Positions 20,437 through 29,346 are shown, counted from the stretch's first letter. The stretch is 64,000 nt of DNA from an uncultured Actinomycetes bacterium (GCA_963723785.1 CAVRSB010000004.1:31662-95661), one strand, 5' to 3'. Notes: generated by a model from the sequence alone, not told the origin. Translations and numbers: made by a program.

Positions 20437-22494
20437 ATGCGCACTTTTACTGCGGTTGTGTTTGGTGTGTGTAGTGTCATGCTGATCGGTGCCGCGGCTG
20501 CACCTGCGGCGACCAACCTGGTTGCAAATCCCGGGTTCGAGGGGTCGGGCGCGGGCGCACTCTCGAGCTGGGGCGGAAGCGCCGGCACGCTCACGCTGGT
20601 CACCGGTGACGGCGGTGGCCACGCCGCGCGTCTGACAGCATCGGGCACCGGGCAGATGTACATCTACACCAGTTCGAAGCCGGCGAAGTCAATCGCGGCG
20701 GGAGCGCCCTACACCGCCGGGGGTCGCGTTTCCAGCATCTCCGCCGGGCAGTCCGTGTGTCTGCAGATCAAAGAGGTACCGGCCGGCGGCAGCTCCGCGG
20801 TCGGTTCGGCCAAACAGTGTGTAACCGCAACGTCGGCGTGGCAGTCGTTCCCGGCGGTCAACTACACGACCAAGACGGCGGGAGACTCACTGACCATCGA
20901 CGTGATCGACGCTGCGCCCGGCTCGAACGCGTCGTTTGACCTCGATAACGTCACACTCAGCACCGGTACCGGTGGCGGAGGTGGCGACACGGTTGCCCCT
21001 TCGGTACCTCAAAACGTGGCTGCCACCGGAGACAGCCCCACCAGCGTCCACATCACCTGGAACGCCTCCACCGACAACAGCGGCACCGTCGCCGGATACC
21101 ACGTCTACCGCGGCACCACCACCATCGCCACGCTCACCGGCACCACCACCAGCTTCGAAGACACCGGCCTGGCAGCATCCACGCCCTACACCTACTCCGT
21201 CGACGCCTTCGACGCAGTACCCAACACCTCCCTCCACTCCGCAACCGCCACCGGCACAACCCTCGCCGGCGGTGGCGGCGGTGACACCGTTGCCCCTTCG
21301 GTACCTCAAAACGTGGCTGCCACCGGAGACAGCCCCACCAGCGTCCACATCACCTGGAACGCCTCCACCGACAACAGCGGCACCGTCGCCGGATACCACG
21401 TCTACCGCGGCACCACCACCATCGCCACGCTCACCGGCACCACCACCAGCTTCGAAGACACCGGCCTGGCAGCATCCACGCCCTACACCTACTCCGTCGA
21501 CGCCTTCGACGCAGTACCCAACACCTCCCTCCACTCCGCAACCGCCACCGGCACAACCCTCGCCGGCGGTGGCGGCTCAGGCCCCTGCGGGCTGCTGCCG
21601 GCTTCGACCGCGCCGTACAAGCACGTGGTCGTGCTGATGGAGGAGAACCTCACCTACTCCGACTTCATCGCCGCCACCGACGCGCCCGAGATGCACGCGC
21701 TCGCCAACAACTGCCGGTTCCTGACCGATTCGGCAGGCGAGACGCACCCCAGCTTCCCCAACTACGAGGCGGTCACAAGCGGCCAGTTCTCGACCTGCCT
21801 GGGTTGCACGACCACCGCGGACAACATCTTCCACCAGATGAACGGGACCGGGCTGACGTGGCGCGACTACAACCAGTCGATGCCGTCCAACTGTGCCACC
21901 AACACCAGCAAGGTCTCGTATTACCGTGACGGCCACAATCCGGCGTTCTGGTACACAAATCTCGGCTCGAAGACCGGTGGCGACGGTTCATGTGCCAAAT
22001 ATGACGTGCCGCTGGATCCGTACTTCTGGAACGACGTCGCCGCCGACAACCTGCCCAGCTTCTCGTGGATCGCGCCCGATGACTGCCGCGACCTGCACTG
22101 GATGAACGGCGTGTGCGAGAACGTCGTGCCCGGCAAGACCCACGACGATCGCATCAACGTTGGCGACGGGTTCGTCCAGCAGGTCGTCTCGGCCATCACC
22201 GCCACTCCGAGCTATCAGGCTGGGGAAACGCTGATCGTGTTCACGTTCGACGAGTCGAACTATCTGTCCACGCAGGTCAAGGGCAACTGGGGCATCGACT
22301 GCTCGAACCACACTGTGTACCTCGCAAACACGAAGACCTGCCAGGTCGCGACTATCCTGATCTCGGCACGGATGCCGAAGGGGCCGACTTCGGCGTTCTA
22401 CAGCCTGTACAGCGTGGGCGCTGCAATCGAGCAGAACTTCGGTCTGCCGCTGCTTGGTCACGAAGGCTCGGTTACACCCGCCCCGATCTATTGA
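20437..22494 (+). CDS. secreted multidomain phosphoesterase: signal peptide, CBM_4_9-like domain, 2x identical FN3, PF04185-like phosphoesterase domain
   Basis: ORF 20245..22494 trimmed to ATG 20437 behind GGGGAGGG. MRTFTAVVFGVCSVMLIGAAAAPA signal, NPGFEGSG CBM-like domain, duplicated FN3, HVVVLMEENLTY...HPSFPNY...GHNPAFWY. Confidence 0.85.
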   Translation: MRTFTAVVFGVCSVMLIGAAAAPAATNLVANPGFEGSGAGALSSWGGSAGTLTLVTGDGGGHAARLTASGTGQMYIYTSSKPAKSIAAGAPYTAGGRVSSISAGQSVCLQIKEVPAGGSSAVGSAKQCVTATSAWQSFPAVNYTTKTAGDSLTIDVIDAAPGSNASFDLDNVTLSTGTGGGGGDTVAPSVPQNVAATGDSPTSVHITWNASTDNSGTVAGYHVYRGTTTIATLTGTTTSFEDTGLAASTPYTYSVDAFDAVPNTSLHSATATGTTLAGGGGGDTVAPSVPQNVAATGDSPTSVHITWNASTDNSGTVAGYHVYRGTTTIATLTGTTTSFEDTGLAASTPYTYSVDAFDAVPNTSLHSATATGTTLAGGGGSGPCGLLPASTAPYKHVVVLMEENLTYSDFIAATDAPEMHALANNCRFLTDSAGETHPSFPNYEAVTSGQFSTCLGCTTTADNIFHQMNGTGLTWRDYNQSMPSNCATNTSKVSYYRDGHNPAFWYTNLGSKTGGDGSCAKYDVPLDPYFWNDVAADNLPSFSWIAPDDCRDLHWMNGVCENVVPGKTHDDRINVGDGFVQQVVSAITATPSYQAGETLIVFTFDESNYLSTQVKGNWGIDCSNHTVYLANTKTCQVATILISARMPKGPTSAFYSLYSVGAAIEQNFGLPLLGHEGSVTPAPIY
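20992..21576 (+). repeat. perfect tandem duplication, period 297 bp (one FN3 module, 99 aa)
   Basis: 20992-21279 is identical base for base to 21289-21576 on line-by-line comparison. Lies inside CDS 20437..22494. Confidence 0.9.
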
Positions 22495-22520
22495 TCGGAT
22501 ACTTACACCGTCTACACAAC

Positions 22521-22540
22521 TCGTCATGGGTCTCTCATGT
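22521..22540 (+). promoter_or_regulatory. weaker phased CGTCA / TCTCA pair upstream of phosphoesterase 22562..23440
   Basis: TCGTCATGGGTCTCTCATGT: CGTCA at 22522 and TCTCA at 22533 (11 bp). Confidence 0.3.
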
Positions 22541-22561
22541 TCGACCGTTAGCTTGTGAGTA

Positions 22562-23440
22562 ATGGGCTCCCAAATACGAGTGGCAGTCATCGGACTAATA
22601 ACGACCTGCGCGTTGTTTTTGGCGATCGCCTCGCCGGCCTCCGCAGCACCACGATTGAAGCATGTGTGGGTGGTCGTTCTCGAGAACCACAGCACCGGCC
22701 AGATCCTGGGGAATCCGCAGGCGCCGTACCTGAACAAGCTGGCCCGCCGAAACGGCCTGGCAACCCGGTACTACAGCCTCGACCATCCCAGTCTTCCAAA
22801 CTACCTTGCGTTGATCTCAGGATCCACGCAGGGGTGCGGATCGGACAGCTGCAAGCCGGGGTACGGCGGCCCGCTCTTGACGCGCCAACTGCGACATCGC
22901 CACCTGGCTTGGCGGGGATATTTCCAGGGACTGCCGCACGCGGGATACATCGGTGGCGACAAAGGCTCGTACGTCCGGCACCACAACCCGTTCGCGTACT
23001 TCAAGTCGATCACCAACTCTCACCACGCCCGGCGAAACATCCGCCCGTTGACGTCACTACGGCGCAGCCTGCGCCATCCGCCGGCGTTCAGCCTCGTGGT
23101 TCCCGACAATCAGCACAACATGCATACCGGCAGCATTGCCAAGTCCGACAAATGGCTCCGCCACTGGATCCCGAAGATCATCCATTCGCGCAAGTTCAGG
23201 CATCAAAGTGCGCTCTTCATCACCTTTGACGAGGGCCACAACGACTCCAGCGGCTGTTGCCTGCGCGGCGTTCACGGGGGCCGCACGGTGCTGATCGCCA
23301 TCACCTCCCACCGGCATCGCTCGAGACTGCATAAACCTCGCACCGCATACTCGCTGCTGCGCACCATCGAGAGCGGATTCCGGCTCAAGCCGATCGCGCA
23401 CGCCTCCCGCGTCCGCCCGCTCAACGCCTTCTGGCGGTGA
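22562..23440 (+). CDS. secreted phosphoesterase family protein (PF04185-like, single domain)
   Basis: ORF 22562..23440. Signal peptide, HVWVVVLENHS...HPSLPNYLALISG...HHNPFAYF. The stop TGA lies inside palindrome copy A. Confidence 0.85.
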   Translation: MGSQIRVAVIGLITTCALFLAIASPASAAPRLKHVWVVVLENHSTGQILGNPQAPYLNKLARRNGLATRYYSLDHPSLPNYLALISGSTQGCGSDSCKPGYGGPLLTRQLRHRHLAWRGYFQGLPHAGYIGGDKGSYVRHHNPFAYFKSITNSHHARRNIRPLTSLRRSLRHPPAFSLVVPDNQHNMHTGSIAKSDKWLRHWIPKIIHSRKFRHQSALFITFDEGHNDSSGCCLRGVHGGRTVLIAITSHRHRSRLHKPRTAYSLLRTIESGFRLKPIAHASRVRPLNAFWR

Positions 23441-23469
23441 ATAATTGGTGCCTGGCACCAATTATTCAC
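23437..23469. repeat. palindromic repeat copy A (33-bp type 1)
   Basis: GTGAATAATTGGTGCC-T-GGCACCAATTATTCAC, perfect 16-bp arms. Confidence 0.95.
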
Positions 23470-23490
23470 CGTACGCCGATCAACGACTGA

Positions 23491-23515
23491 CGCCCTGAGG
23501 CGCGGCCAGCCTCAG
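23491..23515. repeat. secondary hairpin module downstream of copy A
   Basis: CGCCCTGAGGCGC GGCCAGCCTCAG: 7-bp stem CTGAGGC/GCCTCAG with a 7-nt loop. Both halves recur around 51652-51781. Confidence 0.7.
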
Positions 23516-23642
23516 CCGTAACGAGTTCGGGACGGTCCCTCTGACAGACTGAACCATCGACAGGATCCCGACCAATGCCGGTGGATCGATTCAAGGCGGA
23601 CGCCTGGGCGCAGTTGCGTGGGCCGGCCTGGCCGCGACACTG

Positions 23643-24800
23643 GTGTTGAACGCGGGCTCGCTGCTGCTGGGCGTGCTCGATCGCTCCAGCCAGGCGGCGT
23701 TCCCCCAGCTGTTCGAGCTGCTGGTGCTGCTTGCCTACGCCGTCATGGGTGCCGTGGTTGCAAGACGACAGCCGCGAAACCCGATCGGGTGGCTGTATCT
23801 GGCCATCGGATTCGCCACCTCGCTGAACATCTTCGCCGAGCAGTACGCGGTGCGCTCGCTGGTGGCAGATCCCGGCTCATTGCCGTACCCGAAAGCCGCT
23901 CTCTGGCTGGGTTCACCGGCGCTCGACTCGCTCTTCATCCTGGTCGTCACACTGGTGCTGTTGCTGTTTCCCAACGGCCGACCGCTGACACGTCGCTGGC
24001 GATTCGCGGTGTGGATCGCGGTGGCGGGTGCCGCGCTCGGTCTCTCCGAGGCGTTCGTCGATTACCCACTGGAAGCGCCGCTGGCTGGCTACCACAACCC
24101 GCTGTTGGTCACCGGAGCGGCCGGCAGCGTGATCGGCGGCCTCTACCAGATCTCCGGACCGCTCTTGATCGGGAGCTTTTTTGCCGGCATCGCGTGCGTG
24201 GCGCTGCGATTCCGGCGGTCGCGTGGGATCGAACGCCAACAGCTCAAGTGGTTCGCGGCGGCGGTCATGACCGTGCTCGCGGTGATCGTGGTGGTGTTTG
24301 CCGCCTACCAGGCCACCGGCGACGACTACAGCGATGCGATCTTCCTGATCGGCACCTCGATCATCCCGGTTGCCACGGGGCTGGCGATGCTCCGCTACCG
24401 GTTGTACGAGATCGACGTGATCATCCGGCGGACGGTCGTCTACGCCGCGTTGATCGCGGCTCTGGCAGCGCTGTACCTTGGTGGTGTCGCCCTGCTGGGC
24501 TGGATCTTCCGCTCTGTCACCGGTCAGTCCGGGGCGCTTGCGGTGACACTCTCGACACTTTTGGTGGCGGCCGCGTTCCAGCCGCTCCGCTCCCGGATCC
24601 AGCGCACGGTCGATCACCGCTTCTATCGCCGCAAGTACGACGCCGCAGTGACGCTCGACGCCTTCAGCGGTCGCCTCCGCGAGCAGATCGACCTGGACGC
24701 GCTGCAGAGCGAGGTGCTCGGCGTGGTCACAGAGACGCTCCAGCCAAGCCAGGCTTCGCTGTGGCTGCGTACGGTCGAACCGCCGCCGGCGACGCCGTAA
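23643..24800 (+). CDS. polytopic membrane protein resembling the N-terminal sensor module of actinobacterial histidine kinases, no kinase domains
   Basis: ORF 23643..24800, about 8 TM helices, then LRYRLYEIDVIIRRTVVY...RIQRTVDHRFYRRKYD. No H-box or ATPase motifs follow. Confidence 0.6.
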   Translation: MLNAGSLLLGVLDRSSQAAFPQLFELLVLLAYAVMGAVVARRQPRNPIGWLYLAIGFATSLNIFAEQYAVRSLVADPGSLPYPKAALWLGSPALDSLFILVVTLVLLLFPNGRPLTRRWRFAVWIAVAGAALGLSEAFVDYPLEAPLAGYHNPLLVTGAAGSVIGGLYQISGPLLIGSFFAGIACVALRFRRSRGIERQQLKWFAAAVMTVLAVIVVVFAAYQATGDDYSDAIFLIGTSIIPVATGLAMLRYRLYEIDVIIRRTVVYAALIAALAALYLGGVALLGWIFRSVTGQSGALAVTLSTLLVAAAFQPLRSRIQRTVDHRFYRRKYDAAVTLDAFSGRLREQIDLDALQSEVLGVVTETLQPSQASLWLRTVEPPPATP

Positions 24801-24845
24801 GTCCACCGTAATCGCGCCGTAAACGGCGAGGCGCATGATTGCGCC

Positions 24846-25757
24846 ATGAACTCCAAGATCACAGCATTGCTCCTCGGGATCGTGACTCTGGTGGCCATCG
24901 CCGCGGTGGTCGCGGTCGGCATGGGTAGCGCCACGGGGGCGCCGGGGCTGTTCGCGAAGGTCCACGGGTGGATTGCCGTGCGGGGAGTCAAGGGGATCGT
25001 GGCATTCGACCCAGATCACCCCAAGCAGCGGGTGCTGCTCGCACCCAGGTTCGGAGATCCCCTGGCATGGTCACGGGACGGATCGAAGCTGCTGGCGGTC
25101 GCAGGCGATGAGGGCCTGTATGTGCTGCACGGAGACGGCCGCTGGGTTCGAGTCGCCCCGGACGGCTCCACCGGCGGGTCGTTCACACCCGACGGCTCAC
25201 ACGTCGTCTACGAACACAACCACACCATCTACAAGGTGAGCTCCGGCGGAGGTCGGGCCGAGGTCATCGTCAAGCGACCGGCGGGGTCCGGCTTCGGGTT
25301 TCCGGACTTCACGGGGGGACAGCTCTCACCCGACGGAACCGCGATTGTCTACGGCGGACTGAGCCTGATGCGCAGCGACGGCACCCACCGTCGGGCGCTC
25401 GCAACTCCACGGGCGATCGCAGCCCTCACCGGACACCCAGACGCCAACCAGATCGCCGCGCTGGGGTGGTTTCCGGGCAGCAAGCGGATCCTGTTCATCG
25501 CACTCAACCAGAGCACGACCCACTGCGCCCTGCTGACGGTCAATACCGACGGCACGCATCTCCGGCACTGGGGGCCGGCGAGATTCTGCCCGATTCGCGC
25601 CTCATTCTCACCCGATCGTCACCAGGTCGCATTCACGAACTCGCTGTCGCCCCTGATCGTGGCGATCACGCGAACCGACGGCAGCCATCCCCGGACGCTC
25701 AAGAACCTCGGCGTCGTCAACTCCGGGCTCTCACTCGCCTGGAGCGCTGCGGGCTGA
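24846..25757 (+). CDS. membrane-anchored TolB/PD40-like beta-propeller protein
   Basis: ORF 24846..25757. N-terminal TM anchor and repeated S/TxDGS motifs (SRDGSKL, TPDGSHV, SPDGTAI, SPDRHQV, RTDGSHP). Confidence 0.6.
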   Translation: MNSKITALLLGIVTLVAIAAVVAVGMGSATGAPGLFAKVHGWIAVRGVKGIVAFDPDHPKQRVLLAPRFGDPLAWSRDGSKLLAVAGDEGLYVLHGDGRWVRVAPDGSTGGSFTPDGSHVVYEHNHTIYKVSSGGGRAEVIVKRPAGSGFGFPDFTGGQLSPDGTAIVYGGLSLMRSDGTHRRALATPRAIAALTGHPDANQIAALGWFPGSKRILFIALNQSTTHCALLTVNTDGTHLRHWGPARFCPIRASFSPDRHQVAFTNSLSPLIVAITRTDGSHPRTLKNLGVVNSGLSLAWSAAG

Positions 25758-25762
25758 TGCTT

Positions 25763-26465
25763 TCAGCGAACCGGAGCGAGCAGCCGCTCCACCACGCCAA
25801 CCAGACCGTCAAGTGAGGCCAGCTCCGCGTCGGGTTCGACGTCGGCGGGCAGCTCCGCCCCGTTTCGGTTGATCCACACCGCCCGCATCCCCATCGCTTG
25901 CGCACCGCGAATGTCGGTGTCGAGATCGTCGCCCACGTGCACCCACCTGGCCGGGTCGCCGCCCGAGAGCTCCACCGCGTGCAGGAAGGCATCGGCGGCC
26001 GGCTTGGGATCGCCCACACGCTCGGCGTGAACGATGAACGTGAACGTCTCCGCCAGCGGCAGCCGATCGACCGGAAAATTGCCGTTGGTGATCGCCCCCA
26101 GCACGTGCCCGGCCGAGGCCAGCTGCGACAAGGCCGGCTCCACATCGGGATGCAGGACGACACTGGTCACGCGCGCATCCATCCAGGTGGCCACCATCCA
26201 CTCGGGCAGGCCCTCCTCGACCACCCCGTGGTCGGCCGAGCACCCGCCGAAACGACTCCCGCCGGAGGTCTTCGAAGCTGCCGTGCTGCTCAGCCGCCAC
26301 CTGCGCCCGGACGCGGTGAAGCTCCGCCACGTCGATCGCGCCACGGAGATCCGGCCGGCGCTCTTCCAATCCGGCCAGCGTCGCCCGCAGCGCGCCGTCC
26401 ATCATCGGCAAGAACTCCCACAGCGTCTCGTCGAGGTCGAATGACACGACGCTGGTACCGCTCAC
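25763..26465 (-). pseudogene. HAD family hydrolase, frame interrupted once
   Basis: ORFs 25809..26465 (N-terminus, FDLDETLW motif I) and 25763..26344 (C-terminus, GDDLDTDI). Junction near 26235 (extra G in a GG run). Confidence 0.75.
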
Positions 26466-26947
26466 GACCGCCCCAAGAGTGCGACCGCGTGGCAGGCCGC
26501 TCCCTCACCCCGCCCGGCGAAGCCCAGGTGGTCCGTGGTCGACGCCCGCACCGTCACTCGTGTGACCTCCACTCCGAGCACCTCCGCCAGCGCCGATCGC
26601 ATGGCATCGCGGTGAGGGGCGAGTTTGGGAGCCTGCATGATCACGATCGCGTCGACGTTTCGGATCTGCCAACCTTGCCCTGCCAGGGCTGCCCACGCGA
26701 TCCGCAGAAGCTCCAATGACGAGGCGCCCTCCAGCGCCGGATCGTCCGAGGGAAACAGCGCGCCGATATCCTCTCCGCCCGCCGCACCCAGCAGTGCGTC
26801 GGTGACGGCGTGGCACACCAGGTCGGCGTCAGAGTGCCCTGCCAGACCGCGGGCGCCGGGGATCGTAACCCCGGCCAGCACCAATGCACGCCCGTCCGCG
26901 AACGCGTGGGCGTCGAAGCCGATGCCGACACGGAGATCGTCGCTCAC
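26462..26947 (-). CDS. ispF: 2-C-methyl-D-erythritol 2,4-cyclodiphosphate synthase
   Basis: ORF 26462..27019 trimmed to GTG 26947 (GTGA overlap with the ispD stop). GFDAHAF and HSDADL motifs. Confidence 0.9.
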   Translation of the reverse strand: MSDDLRVGIGFDAHAFADGRALVLAGVTIPGARGLAGHSDADLVCHAVTDALLGAAGGEDIGALFPSDDPALEGASSLELLRIAWAALAGQGWQIRNVDAIVIMQAPKLAPHRDAMRSALAEVLGVEVTRVTVRASTTDHLGFAGRGEGAACHAVALLGRS

Positions 26948-27618
26948 GCCAGGGCCTCGGCCAGACGCAGGTCGTCCGGCTCGGTGATCTTGAGATTCGT
27001 CCGTTCGCCCGGTACCCACACAACTCGCATGCCCGCATTCTCGAGCAGGGACGAGCAGTCGGTGGCGGCGTGCAGCTCCGCCAGAGGTCGATCGTAGGCT
27101 CGCCGCAGGCAGTCGGCCCGAAATCCCTGGGGCGTCTGCACTGCGACCAGACCGTCACGCTCGAGCGTGGAGGCGATCGCCTCGCCGGCGGTGCGCTTGA
27201 TCGTGTCGGCCACCGGCAGGGCGGGCACGGCTCCGTCCGCATCGGTGAGTGCCGCCAGCACGCGCGTGACCAGATCGTGCGAGGCCAGGGGGCGCGCGGC
27301 ATCGTGCACCAGGATCAGATCAGCCGTGTCGGGCAGCTCCGCCAGACCGGCTGCCACCGATTCGGCCCGGGTGGCACCGCCTGCGATCACACTTGCGACC
27401 TTGCCCGCCACCATCTGATCGGCCAGCAGCTGGGCCGGGTCCTCCCACCCCGCCGGCACCACCAAGACCATCCGGTGGACGTCGTCGTGGTCCTCGATCA
27501 GGGTAATTGCGCGTTTCAGTAACACGTCACCCTGGAAACCGACGAACGCCTTGGGCCGGTCGGCACCAAACCGCTTGCCCTCTCCCGCCGCCACGACGAT
27601 CGCCCACGTCTGCGCCAA
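26944..27618 (-). CDS. ispD: 2-C-methyl-D-erythritol 4-phosphate cytidylyltransferase
   Basis: ORF 26944..27618 (TTG start). AAGEGKRFG, VHDAARP motifs. Confidence 0.9.
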   Translation of the reverse strand: MAQTWAIVVAAGEGKRFGADRPKAFVGFQGDVLLKRAITLIEDHDDVHRMVLVVPAGWEDPAQLLADQMVAGKVASVIAGGATRAESVAAGLAELPDTADLILVHDAARPLASHDLVTRVLAALTDADGAVPALPVADTIKRTAGEAIASTLERDGLVAVQTPQGFRADCLRRAYDRPLAELHAATDCSSLLENAGMRVVWVPGERTNLKITEPDDLRLAEALA

Positions 27619-28668
27619 CTACGACTCCGTCATGCGCGTGAAGATCATCTTGCCCGACGGCGACTGCAGCACCGAGGTGACCTGCACCGAGACGCTCGAT
27701 CCGACCTGGGAGCGACCGCCTTCGACAACCACCATGGTGCCGTCGTCCAGATAGCCGACGCCCTGGTCGGCCTCCTTGCCTTCACGGATCAGCCGCACCG
27801 TGAACTGCTCGCCCGGGAGCACCGCCGGTTTGAGCGCGTTTGCCAGCTCGTTCACGTTCAGGATCTCGACGTCCTGGATCCGCGCCAGGCGGTTCAGGTT
27901 GTAGTCGGTGGTGAGGATCCGAAGGCTGCGCTGCTTGGCCAGCTTGAGCAGCTTGGAGTCGACCTCGGGGATGTCGGGGAAGTCGACGTCGGGTACCGAG
28001 ACGGTGACCTCGCCGCGCAGCCCCTGCACCACTTCCAGGCCGCGGCGGCCACGGTTGCGCTTCAGCGGGTCAGCCGAGTCGGCCACCTGCTGCAGCTCCT
28101 TGAGCACGAACTCCGGCACCACCAGCTCGCCAGACAGGAATCCGGTCTTGACGATGTCAGCGATCCGTCCGTCGATGATCGCGGAGGTGTCGACCAGCGT
28201 GGCGGAGTCGCGGTTGGCGGCGTCCATCTCGGGCTCACCCACCGAATGGACGCCCACCAGCCGGAGGATGCCGCGATGTTTTTTGGCGCCCACCACCGCA
28301 AACGCGTACCCCAGGATCAGGAACAGCGGAAGCAGCACCCAGTCGCCGATGTACGGCAGCGAGTGCACGGGGAAGTACAGCAGCACAGCCACCAGCAGGC
28401 CCACCAGCAGGCCGACCGCGGCCACCGTGAGCTCACCCGCACTGCGAGATTGGACTGCGCGTTCAAGTCGCTTGAAGGAGCGCTGTAATCCCTTCCCGAC
28501 CAATCCGCCAACCATCCAGCCAACGGCGAAGATCAGGAGAATGATGATGCCAGCGGCGACGTACGCGTAAGAAGCCGAAAAATGATCTCGAAGCCTGGAA
28601 TACAGGCCCGCCTGTATGGCACCCAGCACAGCCAAGAGCGAGAGAACGACTCGGGATACCACCACCAT
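27619..28668 (-). CDS. PIN/TRAM domain-containing membrane protein (YacL-like)
   Basis: ORF 27619..28668. N-terminal TM helices, PIN-like core (LVDTSAIIDGRI), C-terminal TRAM-like beta domain. Conserved position upstream of ispD. Confidence 0.75.
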   Translation of the reverse strand: MVVVSRVVLSLLAVLGAIQAGLYSRLRDHFSASYAYVAAGIIILLIFAVGWMVGGLVGKGLQRSFKRLERAVQSRSAGELTVAAVGLLVGLLVAVLLYFPVHSLPYIGDWVLLPLFLILGYAFAVVGAKKHRGILRLVGVHSVGEPEMDAANRDSATLVDTSAIIDGRIADIVKTGFLSGELVVPEFVLKELQQVADSADPLKRNRGRRGLEVVQGLRGEVTVSVPDVDFPDIPEVDSKLLKLAKQRSLRILTTDYNLNRLARIQDVEILNVNELANALKPAVLPGEQFTVRLIREGKEADQGVGYLDDGTMVVVEGGRSQVGSSVSVQVTSVLQSPSGKMIFTRMTES

Positions 28669-28754
28669 CGTCTGTTCACTCCTCTGATGTGTTCTCTATG
28701 TCAACGTGTCGGTTGGGCTATCGGCCTCCGACCGCGACTCCTTGAAGGTATCGG

Positions 28755-29267
28755 CTACGCCCGCGCCTTCCGGGTGGAGCCAATGTCGTCCAGCACCTCC
28801 TCGAGATACTCGCGGGCCTCATCCTCATCCATGCCCTTGGCGTACATCAACTCGGACGCAAGAATCCGCTTGGCCTTGGAGAACATCTGCTTCTCTCCGG
28901 TCGACAGGCCCTTCTCCTGGTCGCGCTGGGCCAGGTTGCGAACAACCTCGGCCAGCTCGAACACGTCGCCGGTCTTCATCTTGTCCCGGTTGTGCTTGAA
29001 CCGCCGATTCCAGTTCTTCGGCATCTTGGTGCCGTCGCCCTGGAGCACCGCCAAAACCTCTTCGACCGTCTCCTCGCCGATTACCTTGCGCAGACCTGCC
29101 CGGTCAGCGCTGTCGGACGGGATCATCACGGTCATGTCGTTGTGCAGAATCTTGATCGTGAGGTATTCGCGTTCGGACTCGGAGTCCTTACGCACTTCCT
29201 TGGTCACAATTGTGCCCGCCCCGTGGTGCGGATACACGACCTTATCGCCGATGTCGTACAAGGCCAA
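28755..29267 (-). CDS. carD: CarD family transcriptional regulator
   Basis: C-terminal part of ORF 28755..29807. GDKVVYPHHGAGTI...EYLTIKI RNAP-interacting domain. Probable TTG start at 29267 or 29261, behind GGAAGGG. Confidence 0.85.
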   Translation of the reverse strand: MALYDIGDKVVYPHHGAGTIVTKEVRKDSESEREYLTIKILHNDMTVMIPSDSADRAGLRKVIGEETVEEVLAVLQGDGTKMPKNWNRRFKHNRDKMKTGDVFELAEVVRNLAQRDQEKGLSTGEKQMFSKAKRILASELMYAKGMDEDEAREYLEEVLDDIGSTRKARA

Positions 29268-29346
29268 ATAACCCTTCCATTGGTGCCGTGAAAAGACCCG
29301 TGCGAGCGCTTGTAGAACCGCGACCCAACAGGCGCCCAGAGTGAAC

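Noticed and set aside
20887-21637. Gly-rich (20887..21534, minus) and Pro-rich (20936..21637, plus) ORFs with internal repeats.
   Set aside because: They are alternative-frame readings of the duplicated FN3 segment. The FN3 frame has clear domain sequence and continues into the flanking domains.
23057-23469. ORFs reading through the palindromes, with recurring peptides NNWCQAPIIH, VPGTNYS, NNGARHRYS, NTGAWHRYS. Examples: 23272..23469, 32434..32679, 32693..33538, 41012..42532 (head), 43894..44190, 51589..52002.
   Set aside because: The shared peptides are just translations of the repeat in its one open frame on each strand. The flanking parts are Arg/Pro-rich with low GC3 and overlap better-supported genes.
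23453-23469. TGGCAC inside each palindrome as a sigma-54 -24 element.
   Set aside because: The -12 position reads ATTC, not TTGC. The motif is a by-product of the symmetric core, and Actinomycetota generally lack sigma-54.
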